Source of the DNA: Terriglobia bacterium
Lineage (GTDB): Bacteria; Acidobacteriota; Terriglobia; UBA7540
Reading direction: 5' to 3'
Assembly: GCA_050011515.1 (NCBI GenBank)
Contig: JBEKIZ010000003.1
Location: forward strand, 16,805 to 80,804
Length of the DNA: 64,000 nt
Below, piece after piece: positions 53,414 to 62,304 of the stretch. Made by a program: the position numbers and the translations under genes. Within the stretch, counting starts at the first letter, position 1; the number at the start of each line of letters is the position of its first letter. The notes beneath the pieces are model-generated. The model made no database searches, was not told the origin of the DNA, and saw only the letters and a program-made list of their open reading frames with translations.

Positions 53414-53487
53414 CAAAATCCTGTTCTTTCGGCGGTTTTCTGGCGTATTTTATAAACGCATCACTTCACTTTCTTTCAGGGAGCGAG

Positions 53488-54681
53488 ATGGCGATGAAAG
53501 CGTTGTTCTTTGAAGGCATTCATGAAGATGCAGTCGCAACGTTCTCCCGCGCTGGCTATGATGTCAGGACCCTGCCCGGAAGCCCGGATGCAGCCGTACT
53601 GGTTCAGGAAATCCGAAATGTTGCCGTGCTCGGTATCCGGTCCAAGACAAGAATCACCAAGTCTGTTCTTGAATCTGCTCCTGAGCTACTTGTGGTAGGC
53701 GCCTATTGTATCGGGGTCGAGCAAATTGACTGCGCCAGTTGCACCGAACAGGGCATCGCGGTGTTCAATGATCCCCACAGTAACACCCGTTCCGTGGCTG
53801 AGCTCGCCATGGGAGAAATCATCATGTTGGTGCGGCGAGTTTTTCACAGCAGCTTCGCTCTCCACCGCGGCGCTTGGCACAAAAGCTCGAAGGGTTGCCA
53901 TGAAGTTCGTGGCTTGACACTCGGCATCGTGGGCTACGGTAAGATTGGCTCGCAACTTTCTGAATTGGCAGAGGCTATTGGGATGAAAGTGGTCTTCTGC
54001 GATGTGGCGGAGGTTCTGGCACGAGGGAACGCAAAGAACTGCGCGTTTTCGGAGCTGCTTCAAACAGCGGATGTGGTTTCCCTTCACGTTGACGGCCAAC
54101 CCCAAAACAGGAATTTCTTTGGCGAAGAAGAGTTCCGGATGATGAAAAGGGGATCGGTTTTCCTCAACTTGAGTCGAGGTTTCGTGGTTAATCATGAAGC
54201 GCTGGCAGAAAACCTGAAGAGCGGTAAGCTGAGCGGGGCGGCCATTGACGTTTTCCCCGAAGAGCCGGGCAGCGGGGGACTTTTTTCCAACTCACTCCAG
54301 AACCTTCCCAACGTCATTCTGACGCCACACATCGGAGGAAGTACCGAAGAAGCTCAGCAAAGCATTGGACAATTCGTTTCGGCGCAGATGTGCCGTTACT
54401 TACAAAGCGGCGACACCAGGCTCAGCGTGAATCTGCCACACTGCCAACTCGAGAGCGCCCCCCGAAATCACAGGCTGGTACACATTCATAGGAACATTCC
54501 CGGAATGTTGCTGGCCATAAACCGGGTGTTCGGGGAACGAGGCATCAACGTGGAACGACAAGTCTATGACACCAAGGGGACGGTCGGGTATGCCATCCTG
54601 GACATCAATCATGAGTGGGACGACGGGCTCATCCGCGCGCTCAAAGCCATACCTAGCACCATCAGATTCAGAGTTCTTTAA
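53488..54681 (+). CDS. serA: D-3-phosphoglycerate dehydrogenase (with C-terminal ACT-like domain)
   Basis: ATG 53488 (MAMKALFFEGIH). GIRSKTRI, NAD motif LGIVGYGKIGSQ and catalytic HIGGST. The ORF-track start at 53359 lies inside the MITE and is rejected. Confidence 0.9.
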   Translation: MAMKALFFEGIHEDAVATFSRAGYDVRTLPGSPDAAVLVQEIRNVAVLGIRSKTRITKSVLESAPELLVVGAYCIGVEQIDCASCTEQGIAVFNDPHSNTRSVAELAMGEIIMLVRRVFHSSFALHRGAWHKSSKGCHEVRGLTLGIVGYGKIGSQLSELAEAIGMKVVFCDVAEVLARGNAKNCAFSELLQTADVVSLHVDGQPQNRNFFGEEEFRMMKRGSVFLNLSRGFVVNHEALAENLKSGKLSGAAIDVFPEEPGSGGLFSNSLQNLPNVILTPHIGGSTEEAQQSIGQFVSAQMCRYLQSGDTRLSVNLPHCQLESAPRNHRLVHIHRNIPGMLLAINRVFGERGINVERQVYDTKGTVGYAILDINHEWDDGLIRALKAIPSTIRFRVL

Positions 54682-54697
54682 CGAACCTTTGGCCCTT

Positions 54698-54783
54698 TCA
54701 TTCCCTATTCCCCATTCCCTATTCCCTGTTCCCCATTCCCTATTCCCTGTTCCCTGTTGCCTATTCCCTATTTCCTGTTCCCT
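54698..54783. repeat. Tandem ~7-nt repeat (TTCCCTR)n immediately after the serA stop
   Basis: cattccctattccccattccctattccctgttccccattccctattccctgttccctgttgcctattccctatttcctgttccc. Confidence 0.85.
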
Positions 54784-55628
54784 TCCTCTCAATCTGTAAT
54801 CTCAAATTTCCAATGCTTTTAGTCCGCCTGGCTCGGTGCGTCGGCGGACTTCGCCCGGCCGTTCACCGCCGTGCGCCGGCGACTACGTGCCACCCGCCCG
54901 CTACGCCTCAGTCGAAACAAAACTGTTGCAAGGGCCTGTCCAGAAACTCGACGAATTACTCGTTTCAGTTGGGCAGGTTAGGCCGAGCGGACGGGAAGGC
55001 GCTTTACCCGCTTTTTGCGCCCCCAGAACGTCCTCGGCACACTCGACCCTTGATCCCCGGAGGGGATCAATTAAGTAGCCGGAGGCAGCGCCCCCGGAAA
55101 ACGCGCCCCCAACAAGGTCCGACCCCGCAGGCGCGGGATCGAATCCGGACGGCGTCCCACCGGTCTTGCGTCCCGCGGCTCAGGGTAATGCGACCCCTCC
55201 AGGGTCGGAGATCGAGCGTGGCGCTTTCCGGGGGCGCTGCCCCATAGGCGCCAAGATAAGAACCATTTCTATCGTTCCGACGCCATTCCCGTCCCGCGAA
55301 GCGGGACACGGTGAGTAGCCGTAGGTGAAACCTACGGAAACAGAAGCCCAGAAAGCATTCCGGCCCCGGAGGGGCCGAACCATTGCCTGGTCAACCCCGT
55401 TGGGGTTGCGTAATTCTGTGCGGTCCGTTATCCGCAGGTTAAAACCTGCGGCTATTCACCGTTGGCCCCTGCCGGGGCCATTTGAACACGGCGTACCTTA
55501 GCGCCTATGGGGCGTTGCCCCCGGCTACAGTCTTGTGCCCTTGCAGGGCACGGAAGACCTACCCGTCGGTCTTACCCCGCGGCACCCCGTTTCTGACATC
55601 ACGGATGGCGATTTTCGGCTTTGCACGC

Positions 55629-56340
55629 TCAAGACAACTTTTCGAGTGCTTGCACGATTGGGGCGAGTAAATGCGCATCCGGTTTTTCGCCTGACGATTC
55701 GCAGGCCTGCATGTAGTCCCTTACAAGGGCGGCCATCAGTCGAGCAAACGTTCTTGGATCGCCCAGGAACAATCGACGAAGCGTCTCGACGCCGCGCTTG
55801 AAAGCGTTCATTGCGCGGCTGGGGCTTTCCTGCCGCCAAATGCTGCCCAATGTTTCCAGGCTTCTCGCCAGGTCCGGCTCGAAGGCGTCAGGGTTCTGGT
55901 TTGCCAGCAGCTCGTGGATAGCCACCGCCCGCTCCGCCGCGCCGAGCGCCTCCTCCCGCCGCCCGAGAGCGCTGTAGAAGGCGCCCAGGTTGTTGAGGCT
56001 TCCCGCGAAGCCCGCCTCGAAGGCGTCCGGGTTCTGCTTCGCCAGCCGCTCGCGAATAGCCACCGCCCGCTCCGCCGCGCCCACTGCCTCCTCCCGCCGC
56101 CCCAGTCCGCTGTAGAAGGCGCCCAGGTTGTTGAGGCTTGCCGCCAGGTTCGGCTCGAAGGCGTCGGGGTTCTGCTTCGCCAGCCGTTCGTAAATCTCCG
56201 CCGCCCGCTCCGCCGCGCCCAGCGCCTCCTCCCGCCGCCCGAGAGCGCTGCAGACGGCGCCCAGGTTGTTGAGGCTCGAAGCCAGCTCTGGCTCGAAGGC
56301 GTCAGGGTTCTGCTTCGCCAACCGCTCGCGAATAGCCAAC
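55629..56340 (-). pseudogene. Frameshifted C-terminal continuation (TPR repeats + C-terminal helical domain) of the HNH-STAND-TPR gene
   Basis: From AIRERLAKQNPDAFEPEL onward, the 256-aa ORF continues the 42-aa repeat register exactly where the 901-aa ORF leaves it. The frames differ by one extra base at about 56338-56339. Confidence 0.75.
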
Positions 56341-57120
56341 CGCCCGTTCCGCCGCGCCCAGTGCCTCCTCCCGCCGTCCCAGTTCGCTGTAGAAGGCACC
56401 CAGGTTGTTGAGGCTTGCCGCCAAGTTCGGCTCGAAAGCGTCGGGGTTCTGCTTCGCCAGCCGCTCGCGAATAGCCACGGCCCGCTCCGCCACGGGCAGC
56501 GCCTCCTCCCGCCGCCCCAGTTCGCTGTAGCGGTTGCCCAGGTTGGTGAGGCTCATCGCCAAGTCCGGCTCGAAGGCGTCAGGGTTCTGCTTCGCCAGCC
56601 GCTCGTCGATAACCACCGCCCGCTCCGCCACGCCTAGCGCCTCCTCCCGTCGCCCCAGTTCGCTGTAGCGGTTGCCCAGGCTGTTGAGGCTCATCGCCAG
56701 GTCAGGTCCGAAAGCGCCCGGGTTCTGCTTCGCCAGCCGCTCGTAAATCTCCGCCGCCGGCTCCGCCGCGCCCAGCGCCTCCTCCCGACGTCCCAGTTCG
56801 CTGTAGCGGTTGCCCAGGTTGTGGAGGCTCATCGCCAGGTCAGGTCCGAAAGCGCCGGGGTTCTGCTTCGCCAGCCGCGCGTAAATTTCCGTCGCTCGCT
56901 GCGCCATGCGCAGCGCCTCCTCCCGCCGCCCCAGCTCGCTGTAGAAGGCGCCCTGGTTGTTGAGGCTCATCGCCAAGTGCGGCTCGAAAGCGCCGGGGTT
57001 CTGCTTCGCCAGCCGCTCGTAAATCTCCGCCGCCCGCTGCGCAGCGCGCAGCGCGTCCTCGCGCCGCCCCAGCGCGCTGTAATTGCTGCCCAGGATGCTG
57101 AGGATTCGGGCTCGCTCCGC
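55850..57120. repeat. About 10 tandem 126-bp (42-aa) TPR-encoding units with high DNA-level identity
   Basis: Recurrent ggctcgaaggcgtc.gggttctgcttcgccagccgctcg... units encode ...LGRREEAL..AERAV.I.ERLAKQNP.AFEP.LA.SLNNLG..YS. Confidence 0.85.
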
Positions 57121-59007
57121 GTCGTCTCCCGGCGCAACAGGCACGGCCTGAAGCCGCCTTTCATGTTGGACAACAGCGATGCGTGCCAGGGCTACGCTGC
57201 GCTCAGGAATCAAGGCTTCAATCGTGGGCAGCTCATCTGCTCGCCGCTGCTGGAGCGAGGACGTGAGCCACGACTCGATCACCCCAAGTTTGCCCAAGGC
57301 ATGAAGGTCGACCACGGCTCGCAGCAGAGGGTTCCAGGCCTGTGGTCCCGAGCATTCCAGTACCGCTTCGATCGCCTGAACGGCCAATACTGGCTTCTGC
57401 CGCAGCACTGTTATGGCGAAGGCCTCGGCCAGGAGATCGGGAGCAAGAGGCATGAGCAGAGTGGCACCAGCTTGGGTCTTGCCCAGGAGGCCGGCGATGT
57501 GATCGCTATGCTCTCCTGGCTGTCCGTGGGTGTAGCCACAGGCTCGGGCGTCTGATCCAAGCAGCTTAAGCCATCTCGGGTCCTCTCTCGCCAAGGGCCC
57601 TGTGAAGGTTAGCAACGCGATGCCACGCTCGACAAGCGTGGCCCGTGTCGAGTCTCCGCTACATTCCCGTTTTATATAATCGCGCTCGCGCCCCACCGCG
57701 TCTCCAAGCAACTCCTCCTGGCCCCACTGGGTGAGTTTCGAAGTGTCGTTTTCGGCGCACGCCCGGAGGGCTGCCATTTGCAGAAACAAGGGTCGGCCCT
57801 CGGTCCGCCGTCGAAGCTCTCGCAGTTCCTGCTCATCAAGCTTCGGAAGCGGCGGCGGCGGGTCGCCCGGCAGCTTGGCCCAGCCCTCGAACGTGGCGCG
57901 CAGAATCGCCTCCATCACTTCGTCCGGAGCCTCCCGGCCCGGCGCGGTGATCTCTTGGACCGGCTCGACGCTCTCCCGCACTTGGTCGCGGAGCGCGCCC
58001 TCTCCGAAACTCAGCAGTGCGTGCAGCCAGCCATTGTCCGGATCAGCCTGCCGCTCGAGCAGCAGAAGCCGCAGGCGCGTAGCCTCCGGATGGCCTTGCG
58101 CCCACTGCCCGCATCGCTCAAGCAAGCGCTTGAGGTCCTCCAGCTTGCTGGCAGCGTAATCGATGACTACAAGCGTATTGGTCGGTGGATCCCAATCTGC
58201 GAAACGATTATCCCCAAACCACTGCTTAAGGGACTCGGCATCGAGAAAGCCGGAATTCCAACCAGCCTGTTCCTGCTGCATCGCCACCTCAAGGGCAAGC
58301 CGGGTCTTCCCTACGCCGCCCGCGCCGGTGAGCGCCTTCCAGCGAAAAGCCGCCGGATGGTCACAGAACGTAGCCAGAGACTCAAGCTCCGGCTCTCGGC
58401 CCATGAGGCCGATAAAGGCGTTGTAAGGCCTGAGCAGGCGGCTCAGGGGCGTTCTGGTGAGCGGTTGCGGCCGGTCGACGTGAAGCGGCAGCCGCTCGGC
58501 CCCTGTCCGCGACACCCGACCTGCGGTTTTGCCGATCTGCTCGCAAGCGGCCTTCTCTGCCTCTGCTTTCCACTTTCCCAGCAGGTACACGGTGAAGTGC
58601 GCCGGGTCGTTGTCGACGAGCTTGGCACAATTCTGGCAGAGCCAGATGGCGTTGTCCGGGTGGCGTCGTTCTTCCGGCGTAAGATTGGGGTCGTACCTGG
58701 GGCCGCCAGGGGCCGCGGCGGTGATGTGGGCGGCCACGCCGACGTTAAGGGCCTTCGTCGGGTCGATCTGCGGGCCGCTGGTAAGTGCGCGGCAATCAGG
58801 GTTAGAACACCGGTTGCCAACGCGCGCGGCCACAATCCGCTTGACGTCCTCGGGGAAGTCGTCTCTCGCAGGCACTGCGTGAGTATACGGCTGTCCGAGC
58901 TGGTGGTCTAGTGCATTACGACGCACGCCGATTGCGCGGGCTGGCGCATGCCGGCAGCGGGTAGCGCACACTCTCGTTTCCCCGAGAGTCTGCGGCTTTT
59001 CCTTCAA
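56302..59007 (-). CDS. HNH-like nuclease + STAND P-loop NTPase + TPR-repeat protein (Avs-like antiviral STAND architecture), truncated by frameshift
   Basis: N-terminal CSNPDC...VAAHI...NAIWLCQNCAKLVD (HNH-type). Walker A LTGAGGVGKTRLALE and Walker B LVVIDYA. C-terminal KLC-type TPR units. Confidence 0.8.
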   Translation of the reverse strand: MKEKPQTLGETRVCATRCRHAPARAIGVRRNALDHQLGQPYTHAVPARDDFPEDVKRIVAARVGNRCSNPDCRALTSGPQIDPTKALNVGVAAHITAAAPGGPRYDPNLTPEERRHPDNAIWLCQNCAKLVDNDPAHFTVYLLGKWKAEAEKAACEQIGKTAGRVSRTGAERLPLHVDRPQPLTRTPLSRLLRPYNAFIGLMGREPELESLATFCDHPAAFRWKALTGAGGVGKTRLALEVAMQQEQAGWNSGFLDAESLKQWFGDNRFADWDPPTNTLVVIDYAASKLEDLKRLLERCGQWAQGHPEATRLRLLLLERQADPDNGWLHALLSFGEGALRDQVRESVEPVQEITAPGREAPDEVMEAILRATFEGWAKLPGDPPPPLPKLDEQELRELRRRTEGRPLFLQMAALRACAENDTSKLTQWGQEELLGDAVGRERDYIKRECSGDSTRATLVERGIALLTFTGPLAREDPRWLKLLGSDARACGYTHGQPGEHSDHIAGLLGKTQAGATLLMPLAPDLLAEAFAITVLRQKPVLAVQAIEAVLECSGPQAWNPLLRAVVDLHALGKLGVIESWLTSSLQQRRADELPTIEALIPERSVALARIAVVQHERRLQAVPVAPGDDAERARILSILGSNYSALGRREDALRAAQRAAEIYERLAKQNPGAFEPHLAMSLNNQGAFYSELGRREEALRMAQRATEIYARLAKQNPGAFGPDLAMSLHNLGNRYSELGRREEALGAAEPAAEIYERLAKQNPGAFGPDLAMSLNSLGNRYSELGRREEALGVAERAVVIDERLAKQNPDAFEPDLAMSLTNLGNRYSELGRREEALPVAERAVAIRERLAKQNPDAFEPNLAASLNNLGAFYSELGRREEALGAAERAVGYSRAVGEAEP

Positions 59008-59120
59008 ATTCGCGTTCCTTCATTCACCAGCGACCGTGCACGATCGCCCGTCAGAATGAGATTCTCGCTCACGTCCCTACCCGGAGGCCCAGTGCAGTCG
59101 CGCGCGCCCGACTGCTCCGG

Positions 59121-59168
59121 GTCAGAGCGAGATTCCTCCCCTTCGTTTCGCTCAGGGTCGGAATGATC
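59121..59168. repeat. Partial family-A REP element
   Basis: gtcagagcgagattcctccccttcgtttcgctcagggtcggaatgatc, followed by the hairpin atccgtc-agcc-gacggat. Confidence 0.7.
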
Positions 59169-59220
59169 CGTCAGCCGACGGATTCACAAAGGGTGGACGG
59201 GGCCCGCCGTCACTGAGAAG

Positions 59221-59400
59221 CTATGAGGAAATCCCCGTGCGGGCACGCCAGACCGAGTAATAAACTTCGCCCCAGTTGACCACCGACATCGCGAGCGGCC
59301 CTTTGGCCTCCGCCGGCTTCGCCAGCAGCTCTTCGACCTTGTCGGCGCCCGCGCGGTCCTCGAAGGACGTCATGAGGGCGCGGTCGTGTAGGGCCGAACG
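59221..59400 (-). pseudogene. N-terminal remnant of a PIN-domain (VapC-like) toxin
   Basis: ...LHDRALMTSFEDRAGADKVEELLAKPAEAKGPLAMSVVNWGEVYYSVWRARTG resembles the first ~55 residues of VapC toxins (D-xSAL...GA..V..LL...S.VN..EV). The ORF stops where the second half should begin. Confidence 0.4.
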
Positions 59401-60004
59401 GCGTTCGGCCCACACGGGCCAGCGCCGCTGGCCCCTACTCCCTGGCGCCCGCAACAAGAAGGGGTGGAAAGTGGCGCGTGGTGGCGCGAGAGGCGCCGCT
59501 CATAGGCTATATAAGTCGGCTACTATCAAGCAGGCAAGCCGCGAAGTGTGCCAAAATGCCACACTCATACGCTTTCCGGTATGCTCTCAGCATTCTTCTA
59601 AGCCATTGAAAATACGTGGGAATAGGACGTTGTGGGCGCAGAGCACTTCGAAAAAACGGGACGCATGGGGCAAATGGAAATCACGCCCCTCGAAGGCGAC
59701 AATGTATTTTCTGGCCGCCCCAACCTGCACCCCGAGTGCCTCAAGCCAACATGGTTGCATTGTTCTATACTGCCTATGAGGTCGCAAGCGGAGGCTGGCG
59801 GCTTTAGTTGTTCTCCTATTCATCGCCGCATCGCTGTTAGTCGCGACGCTATCTTGCGGCGGGGGAGGAAGCACAGTGAGCGGTCCGCCGCCCCCTGCGC
59901 CGGTGGCGTTCACTATCACCGTTCAGGCGAGCGGCGCGGGAGTCAGCACGCCCAACAACATTGGGTCGCTGACCATTACAGTGAACTGATTCTCGACATG
60001 CTCA

Positions 60005-60316
60005 TTGAGTAGGGGAAAAAACGTGGCAAAAAAGAATTTTTCTCTTGTGGCTAGAATTAGTACAGATAATCCCACAGCAATTAATATAGTCCTCAGGAAG
60101 GTCGTTCCTCAGGGTGTCATCGAAGAGACAGCAGACCATGAATTTCTCGTTAAGGCAGAGTTTATGGGAGAGAATGCGCGGGAGCTTAATCGCTCCTTGC
60201 TATCGGAGTTGCGCAGGGTAGAAAAGAAAACCAGGCTGCGCGCGGAATGGACCTCAGGCAATACAACGGAAAGATTTTTTGATTACGTACCAAAAGCTAA
60301 AACCACAGCGAAATAA
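60005..60316 (+). CDS. Hypothetical protein in a strongly AT-rich patch
   Basis: 103-aa ORF (TTG 60005 or GTG 60023). Its composition differs visibly from the surroundings. No motif recognised. Confidence 0.35.
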   Translation: MSRGKNVAKKNFSLVARISTDNPTAINIVLRKVVPQGVIEETADHEFLVKAEFMGENARELNRSLLSELRRVEKKTRLRAEWTSGNTTERFFDYVPKAKTTAK

Positions 60317-60430
60317 AGCCGGCAGCCGTGCAGGTTCCCGCCGCATGCCAGAATGCGCAGAACCAGCAGGCCCAGCTTGCCGAGCAACCGCCAAAAAGAA
60401 CCGCAGGGTACTGTGCGTTATGGGACTACT

Positions 60431-61996
60431 TCAGTCCCAGTTTTTCACTTGCGGCCAGATTTCCCTCAGGGGCTGTCTGAGGCCGCGGCAGTAGAAGACG
60501 TCAAAGTGCTCGTAGGGCATGGAGTAGGGGTGATAGACGCTGGCGACCCTCTCGACGCTGGCGAAGCGCCGCTCAAGGTCCTGCTGCTGGCCCTCCATTA
60601 CGATGACGCTCTCTCCGGTGTATTCTCGCGGTCCCCAATAGAAATAGTTCTGGTGCCCGCTGATGGCGGGCGGCAGGCCGTATTTCGGACCGAAGAGATC
60701 GATGGCGCCGGCCTGACCGTAATTCTGGCCGAAGATCGCGGTCTTGGCGCGAACCTCCGGCGGCAGGCTGTTGTAAACCCGCGCGACCGTGGCCGTCATC
60801 TCCTCCCAACCGAACTGGTCGGCGAAGAGCTGCGGCAGCGGGCCCAGCCGGTGAGTCTCAAGCCTGGGCGGCTGGAGATGCAGCGCCTTCGTGTATCGAA
60901 TGTACATTTCGGGAGGCAGGACCGGAATGACGAGCGGCGAGAACACAGCGCCGGCCCCGACCATCAGGGCGGGATAGGCGAGTTTCAGCCATTGGTGTCG
61001 CGGCCGGTCCAACCACGATTCCCACATCACGCTGCCGGCGGCGAGCAGAACCGGAAAGGCGGGATAGAGGTAGTAGATCCGCGGGCTCAGCTTCACGATG
61101 ACAGCCGCCGTGAAAACCCATGCCCAACCCAGCGCGCGAAACGGCTTGCCCAATTTCGAGAAGAAGTAAAACCAGAGGCCGGCGAGCCAGATGGGCAGAG
61201 TCAAGGGAAGCAGCGTCAGGATTTCCTGAGCGAAGAATGCCAACGGCCCAAGAGGCACATCGCGCCCGCTGCGCTGGATGTTGGCGTGCAATTCCAGGAA
61301 CGGAAAGTGGTGCTGAATGTTCCAGAGCAGATTCGGCAGGAAGATCAGGAAAGCGAGCGCGCCGCCGACCCAGAGCCAGCGACTCGAGAGCGCGCGGCGC
61401 TGCGGAGTCAACAGCAGGCCGACCACCATGCCGGCCCCAAAGATCAGCATGGAGTACTTGTTTTCGAGTCCGACTCCCGCCAGCATGCCGAACCAGATCC
61501 AGAGCTTCGGGTTGCCGGTTTTGATGATGCGGATGAGCAGGTAGGCACAGCCCAGCCAGAACAGCGGCTCGAACGCGTTCATGGTCAGCAGGCTATCGGC
61601 GGCGAGGAAACCCGGCGCCACCAGGGCCGCAATGGCAGCCAGGCCCTGGGCAAAGCGCTTCCCACCCAGCTCGCGGGCGATCAGAGCCGTGAGAGCAACT
61701 TCGGCGGCCCCCGCGACGGCCGGAAAGAACCGGATTGCAGGGAGGGAATCCCCCAGCAGAGAGCGCGCCAGCCAAGTGATCACGGCGATCAGCGGAGGTT
61801 GGTCGACGTAACCCCAATCAAGGTGCCGGCTGCAAGCGAGGTAATACAGTTCGTCAACGAAGTAACCGTAATGACGGCCGGCATACAAATGCACAAGGAG
61901 CTTGCAGGCCGAGATGCAGAGCACCAGCGCGCTTGCGGTGAATGCGAGCCGCCTCTGGGGAGCTTGGCCGAGCACGGGAGCGGATGATGAACTCAT
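60431..61996 (-). CDS. GT-C glycosyltransferase, family 39/83-like (ArnT/PMT-type)
   Basis: ATG 61996 (MSSSSAPVLGQ...). YFVDELYYLACSRHLDWGYVDQPPL first-loop motif, at least 11 TM helices and a soluble C-terminal domain. Confidence 0.8.
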   Translation of the reverse strand: MSSSSAPVLGQAPQRRLAFTASALVLCISACKLLVHLYAGRHYGYFVDELYYLACSRHLDWGYVDQPPLIAVITWLARSLLGDSLPAIRFFPAVAGAAEVALTALIARELGGKRFAQGLAAIAALVAPGFLAADSLLTMNAFEPLFWLGCAYLLIRIIKTGNPKLWIWFGMLAGVGLENKYSMLIFGAGMVVGLLLTPQRRALSSRWLWVGGALAFLIFLPNLLWNIQHHFPFLELHANIQRSGRDVPLGPLAFFAQEILTLLPLTLPIWLAGLWFYFFSKLGKPFRALGWAWVFTAAVIVKLSPRIYYLYPAFPVLLAAGSVMWESWLDRPRHQWLKLAYPALMVGAGAVFSPLVIPVLPPEMYIRYTKALHLQPPRLETHRLGPLPQLFADQFGWEEMTATVARVYNSLPPEVRAKTAIFGQNYGQAGAIDLFGPKYGLPPAISGHQNYFYWGPREYTGESVIVMEGQQQDLERRFASVERVASVYHPYSMPYEHFDVFYCRGLRQPLREIWPQVKNWD

Positions 61997-62215
61997 GGGC
62001 AGTCGAAATCCAAATATACAACGTTTCGGCGCCCGAAGCCTGGGTTCGTGTGTTGCAGCGCGGCCTGCGGCGGCAATCAAGAACAAGGTTCACCGCCGCG
62101 GCGCTGAGACGCGGAGAAGAGCTCTGGTGTTTCCGCACCTTGAGCCAGGCCGCCGTGTTCTCTCTAGCACAAATGGCGAACTTCATCCGCAGAGTTGGGA
62201 CATTACCCCTGAGCG

Positions 62216-62304
62216 GGTAGTGGGTCAATTTGATGTAGAGGCGGCTTTACGCCGCCATTTGGCGAGATAAACTCGCCGCTACAGCATCAAATTGACCCAT
62301 TGCC
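62216..62304. mobile_element. MITE-like element, copy 2 (89 bp, 8-bp TSD cctgagcg)
   Basis: ggtagtgggtcaatttgatg...catcaaattgacccattgcc, flanked by cctgagcg at 62208-62215 and 62305-62312. Confidence 0.8.

Noticed and set aside
53359-53487. An N-terminal extension of serA, from the ORF-track start at 53359.
   Set aside because: The extension is encoded by the MITE and its flank. ATG 53488 gives the canonical MAMKALFFEG start.
54698-54783. A heptamer array considered as a possible phase-variation tract or CRISPR fragment.
   Set aside because: It is intergenic, immediately after a stop codon, and its unit length of about 7 nt leaves no spacers. It fits the word-repeat pattern seen at other gene ends.
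55850-57120. A regular 126-bp tandem repeat array that could superficially suggest a CRISPR-like or satellite locus.
   Set aside because: The period is exactly 42 codons inside an open reading frame encoding TPR units. There is no repeat-spacer alternation and there are no cas genes.
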